NCBI GenBank assembly: GCA_038523235.1
Contig: JBCBJQ010000050.1
Coordinates: 1 to 40,727 of the forward strand
DNA length: 40,727 bases
Direction of reading: 5' to 3'
Source: Cyanobacteria bacterium J06626_4
GTDB taxonomy: Bacteria > Cyanobacteriota > Cyanobacteriia > Phormidesmidales > Phormidesmidaceae
This document shows positions 37,209 through 40,727 of the stretch, piece by piece; within the stretch, counting starts at the first letter, position 1, and each line of letters opens with the position of its first letter. The position numbers and the translations under genes were made by a program. The notes beneath the pieces were generated by a model. The model was not told the origin of the DNA. It saw only the letters and a program-made list of their open reading frames with translations, and ran no database searches.

Positions 37209-38552
37209 CTAGCCCTGGGTCAGTGACTCATAATTTTGCTGCAGGCGATCGCGACTGGCGTTCAGCTGCTCGGGGGGAATGAGCTGTTGCTGCTCTGCCT
37301 TGATCAGTGCGGCCATCGCGGGGTAATACAAATTAGGATCGAAGGAGATCAAAATTAGATCAATGCCAGACTGCAGCGCCTTAACGACGGCCCCAGTTAC
37401 CCCATCGGCACTTTTGAACACGGCTCCCATGCTGAAGTCATCGGTAATCAAAATCCCCTCATGACGCCACTGCTGCCGCAAAATTTGATTCACCACGGCA
37501 TCCGAAAAAGAAGCTGGATGATGAGGGTCAACTGCTGTCAGCACCGGATGCCCCAGCATCGTAAAGGCATCAGACTGCTGCATAATTTGTTGAAAGGGCA
37601 CCCAGTCATCCTCAGCGAGTTCAGCGATCGGGGTGTCGAGATGAGCCGATGCTAGGTGAGTGTCTGTCTCCAATCGCCCCAAACCCGGAAAATGCTTGAG
37701 CGTACATCGCACCGCGTGGGTGGCGAGCGCCGCACAGTAGGTTTGTGCCACTTCAGTCACCACCGCTTTGTCGGCTGAAATCGCCCGTTGATAAATTACC
37801 GAAAAGCGATCGTCCGGATTCACGATGCCTTTGTTGAGATCAACCACCGGTGCAAAGTTTAGATTAACGCCCAGGTCTGCCAAACCTTGACCCTGCTGAT
37901 CTGCATAGTCTTGGGCCAGCTGCTGCCGTTCTGATACAGTTTGGGCTGAGCTGATCCACTCAGCGAGGGCCGGTAGTTGAGGCAGTGGCGGCGAGAGACG
38001 TGACACAACGCCGCCTTCTTGATCCGTCGCAATCCACAAGGGAGGCAGGCCGCGCTGCGATCGCAGCGCTTGCAGCGACGCAATCTCGGCTCGAATAGTG
38101 TCAGCAGACTTGCCCTCGATATTGCGCAGCGTGATAAACACGCCGCCGATGGCGTCCTTTTCAATCAGCGTTTTGACCGTGTCAAAGTCACGATAGCCCA
38201 CGACGAGATGCTGCCCCAGCCGGTTGAGCTGGCTGGCATCCTGCTGCAGCACGCGGACTTTGGTCAGGTGGAACGAAACCTCGCGACTGATAAAAATTGT
38301 CAAACTGACCGAGCAGAGCCCCAGGATTAACCAGCGACTGATAGCCCTCACGGTGTTCAGCTTGGATCGACGCCACAGCCCCGGCGCATCAATCAATAGC
38401 ACGCCGATAATGCCTAAAGGTAGCAGCCACAGGACTTCAGCTCGAACGCCTGCCAATAGAGGTGTTCGCAGGTTCAAAGCTGCCCAAATCGCCAGCACAC
38501 CAAGCAGGCCTTGAGCAATCTTCAGTATCCAGTACAGCACGGAGGTCGTCAT
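37209..38552 (-). CDS. Membrane-anchored glycoside hydrolase family 3 (NagZ-like beta-N-acetylglucosaminidase)
   Basis: ATDQEGGVVSRL, NFAPVVD, KHFPGLG....DTH, ITDDFSMGA; three N-terminal TM helices. Confidence 0.9.
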   Translation of the reverse strand: MTTSVLYWILKIAQGLLGVLAIWAALNLRTPLLAGVRAEVLWLLPLGIIGVLLIDAPGLWRRSKLNTVRAISRWLILGLCSVSLTIFISREVSFHLTKVRVLQQDASQLNRLGQHLVVGYRDFDTVKTLIEKDAIGGVFITLRNIEGKSADTIRAEIASLQALRSQRGLPPLWIATDQEGGVVSRLSPPLPQLPALAEWISSAQTVSERQQLAQDYADQQGQGLADLGVNLNFAPVVDLNKGIVNPDDRFSVIYQRAISADKAVVTEVAQTYCAALATHAVRCTLKHFPGLGRLETDTHLASAHLDTPIAELAEDDWVPFQQIMQQSDAFTMLGHPVLTAVDPHHPASFSDAVVNQILRQQWRHEGILITDDFSMGAVFKSADGVTGAVVKALQSGIDLILISFDPNLYYPAMAALIKAEQQQLIPPEQLNASRDRLQQNYESLTQG

Positions 38553-39032
38553 GAGCGGTGGTATTGACGCTGAGATAGCGCCAACAGTCTGTGGGGTAAA
38601 ACCGTGTCTACCTTAATATGGTTTCTCAAGTTTGTGTCTGTATAGGAGCGGGTAAAGCGAAAGTGCCTTGGCCGCAATGAAGCAGGGTTCAGAGTCGCGA
38701 ATACCGTCCGAGAGACCCATTTCGGTTACGTCATGAGTCGGCTGCAGAGGCGTTCCTTGCGACTTCACTCAAGCAATGACTTCATTCAAGGAACGGTTCT
38801 GCTTAAAGGATGGTTGGCTTTATGAATAAGGATGGCTCTGCCCACAGAACGGCTTTCTAAAGGAGCTGAACGCTTGGGGCTGGTGGATATATCGCCTAAA
38901 CGACGAGAAGAGGGCGATCGCCAAAAGGCTCACAGCTCTTTAGCAAAAACTTGTGGAAACGATGAGCCTTTTTGACAGATCCTGGGTAAAAGAGCCTAGA
39001 GTGACGCCAATACAATCTAAGCGCTTCTGGCG

Positions 39033-39521
39033 CTACGCAGCCATGGGCCAGTCTTCTTCGAAGCCGTGGCGTATCGGTTGCATTCCCGAAGTCAGTAAGC
39101 GATGCAGACGAGGAATCTCGGCGCTGTTATAAACTCGAAACTCACTCTCAACGGTCGCGCTTTGGGTCCGCACCGCTTGATTGATGACTAATGACCCATC
39201 TGGATCAGAGACTGAGCGGTGAAACGTGCCCGGTGGCAACCGGAGAATGTGCTGATTGGCATCCAGCCGAACCCGATGGAGGGGATACTGCCAAGAAAAA
39301 TTGACCAGGTCAAAAGTTCGACCGCCTGACACCGCGAGCAAATTATCTTCTTGATTGGGGTGCAGATAAAACTGCCACGCCCCTTCACGCGTATTGTTTG
39401 GACTGGTTGCGGGACCGTTGTGAAATACGAGGTCGCGAGCGTTAGACTCTTGAACGGTAATATCAAAAAACTGGACACTCGGCGTGTCGCGGAAACGGTG
39501 AAAGGAGAGCAGTTCAAACAT
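39033..39521 (-). CDS. Conserved cyanobacterial cupin-fold (RmlC-like) hypothetical protein
   Basis: FYLHPNQEDNL and LPPGTFHRS cupin-like motifs; FRDTPSVQFFDI N-terminus. Confidence 0.75.
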   Translation of the reverse strand: MFELLSFHRFRDTPSVQFFDITVQESNARDLVFHNGPATSPNNTREGAWQFYLHPNQEDNLLAVSGGRTFDLVNFSWQYPLHRVRLDANQHILRLPPGTFHRSVSDPDGSLVINQAVRTQSATVESEFRVYNSAEIPRLHRLLTSGMQPIRHGFEEDWPMAA

Positions 39522-39611
39522 GGCAACCTGTCGCAATCAGCATAAATCAGCTTGCCCGTCAAGGTAACGCCTTCTTTCACAGAGAATCAAAACAATCCGC
39601 GAGTCCCATCC

Positions 39612-39626
39612 ATTCGATCACCGAAT
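39612..39626. promoter_or_regulatory. LysR-type T-N11-A dyad
   Basis: ATTCG-ATCAC-CGAAT between the divergent cupin and LysR genes. Confidence 0.6.
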
Positions 39627-39637
39627 AGAATATCGTC

Positions 39638-40498
39638 ATGAACATTCACCACTTGACGGTGTTGACGACGATTATTCGGGAAGGAACTTTTTCCCATGCT
39701 GCCCTGGTGTTGGATACGTCTCAGGCGGCAGTGAGTCGGGCGATCGCCGCGTTAGAAAAAGAATTGGGAGCACCGCTGCTGAAGCGAGGGCGCTTTGGCG
39801 CTAAACCCACTCAGCTCGGTGAGCGAGTGCTGCAGCATGCCCAGCAAATTCTCGACCTCCGCGAACTGATTGAGTATGAGGTCAATTTAGAAAAGGGACT
39901 GTACGGGGGAAGCCTGCGCATCGGTTCGTTTCGCAGTGCAGCAACTCACCTGCTGCCGCCAGTGCTCGCTCGCTTTTGTGAACAGTTTCCGCGAGTGGAG
40001 GTCAGTTTGTCAGAACTTGAACCCGCTGGGGTTGAGCAAGCCCTGCGCGAGGGGCAAGTCGATATGGGGCTAGTGCCGCTACCGCGTTCTGAAGAGTTTC
40101 GCGTTTGGGAGGTCGCCCGCGATGAATATGTCGCGCTGTTGCCCAAAAAGGGGCGATCGCTCCCTCGGCGGCTCACCTGGCCGGATCTATCGAACCAGGA
40201 TTTCGTGCTGTACAACTATGCCGAATGTACGAGTGTCGTGCGCGAACACTGGAACCGCTGGGGTCAAAAACTGCAGGTCGCCTACGTCATTAAAGAGGAT
40301 TCGACCATTGTCAGCATGGTTGCTCAGGGCCTGGGTGCAGCCATTTTGCCCCGGTTAGCCGCCTTGCCGATTCCTAACGGGGTGCAGGTGCGATCGCTGC
40401 CGGAACCGTTGGAACGGGTAATCGGCGTGGCTACTCTAGCGCAAACCCCCCATTCACCGGCAGTTGATGCATTTATCTCGATGTTGCGTGAGGGCTGA
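39638..40498 (+). CDS. LysR family transcriptional regulator
   Basis: GTFSHAALVLDTSQAAVSRAIAALEKELG, LRIGSF, MVAQGLGAAILP. Confidence 0.95.
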   Translation: MNIHHLTVLTTIIREGTFSHAALVLDTSQAAVSRAIAALEKELGAPLLKRGRFGAKPTQLGERVLQHAQQILDLRELIEYEVNLEKGLYGGSLRIGSFRSAATHLLPPVLARFCEQFPRVEVSLSELEPAGVEQALREGQVDMGLVPLPRSEEFRVWEVARDEYVALLPKKGRSLPRRLTWPDLSNQDFVLYNYAECTSVVREHWNRWGQKLQVAYVIKEDSTIVSMVAQGLGAAILPRLAALPIPNGVQVRSLPEPLERVIGVATLAQTPHSPAVDAFISMLREG

Positions 40499-40727
40499 TT
40501 AGAGGCTCGATTTCAGGTCTTCATAAGTAATTGGGCAACCCTAGGGCCGAGGGACTCGATCGCTCCTCAGCTCAACTAAGTGAATCGCTGTGGCGTCTAG
40601 AAATAGAGGCCAAGAGCTTTGGGTAACTGAATGTCAAAGTACCCAGTCATGATTAGTCAGCATGTTCTCATCAAACCCTTGTTTTAAGGATATCGAGGTT
40701 CTTGCAATGAGCGCACTATTTTTCAAC

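Noticed and set aside
38745..38800. AAGGAACGC on the minus strand as a glutamine (glnA/downstream-peptide) riboswitch
   Set aside because: The conserved CGGAAGTA(A/G)G core is missing; a simple hairpin explains it

Overview
Chromosomal window from a cyanobacterium: HIP1 octamer GCGATCGC is abundant, and petJ, a K-box/CIRCE groESL operon, DUF3288 and heptamer repeats are present. A filamentous Leptolyngbya/Nodosilinea-like lineage is my inference only. Left to right: (1) an XRE regulator and a divergent NfeD-like gene around an ~820 bp intergenic region holding a perfect 20-bp inverted repeat and a candidate structured RNA; (2) a yybP-ykoY Mn riboswitch before a UPF0016/TMEM165 exporter; (3) holin-family membrane protein, ATP-dependent DNA ligase, cytochrome c6, GNAT, gnd, DUF3288; (4) a divergent C-P lyase cluster (phnF, phnCDE, half-size TSUP, phnM / phnG, phnH, GNAT, phnI, phnJ) with no phnK/phnL in the window and a TAGACGTCTA-type palindrome before four genes; (5) two paralogous filamentous-haemagglutinin-N (TPS) exoproteins followed by an exported TPR-CHAT protease; (6) groES-groEL; (7) two PEP-CTERM proteins with nearly identical sorting tails; (8) an organoarsenical-type cluster arsR, arsI, arsR2, a Cys-His-Asp hypothetical protein, arsH and a CX5R phosphatase, with no efflux pump or ArsC; (9) a membrane-anchored GH3, and a cupin divergent from a LysR regulator. 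The strongest leads for undescribed biology are the ars cluster's extra enzymes, the TPS-TPS-CHAT module, the candidate PhnF operator, and the palindrome/structured RNA between XRE and NfeD. All calls come from reading motifs by eye; no searches or folding programs were run.
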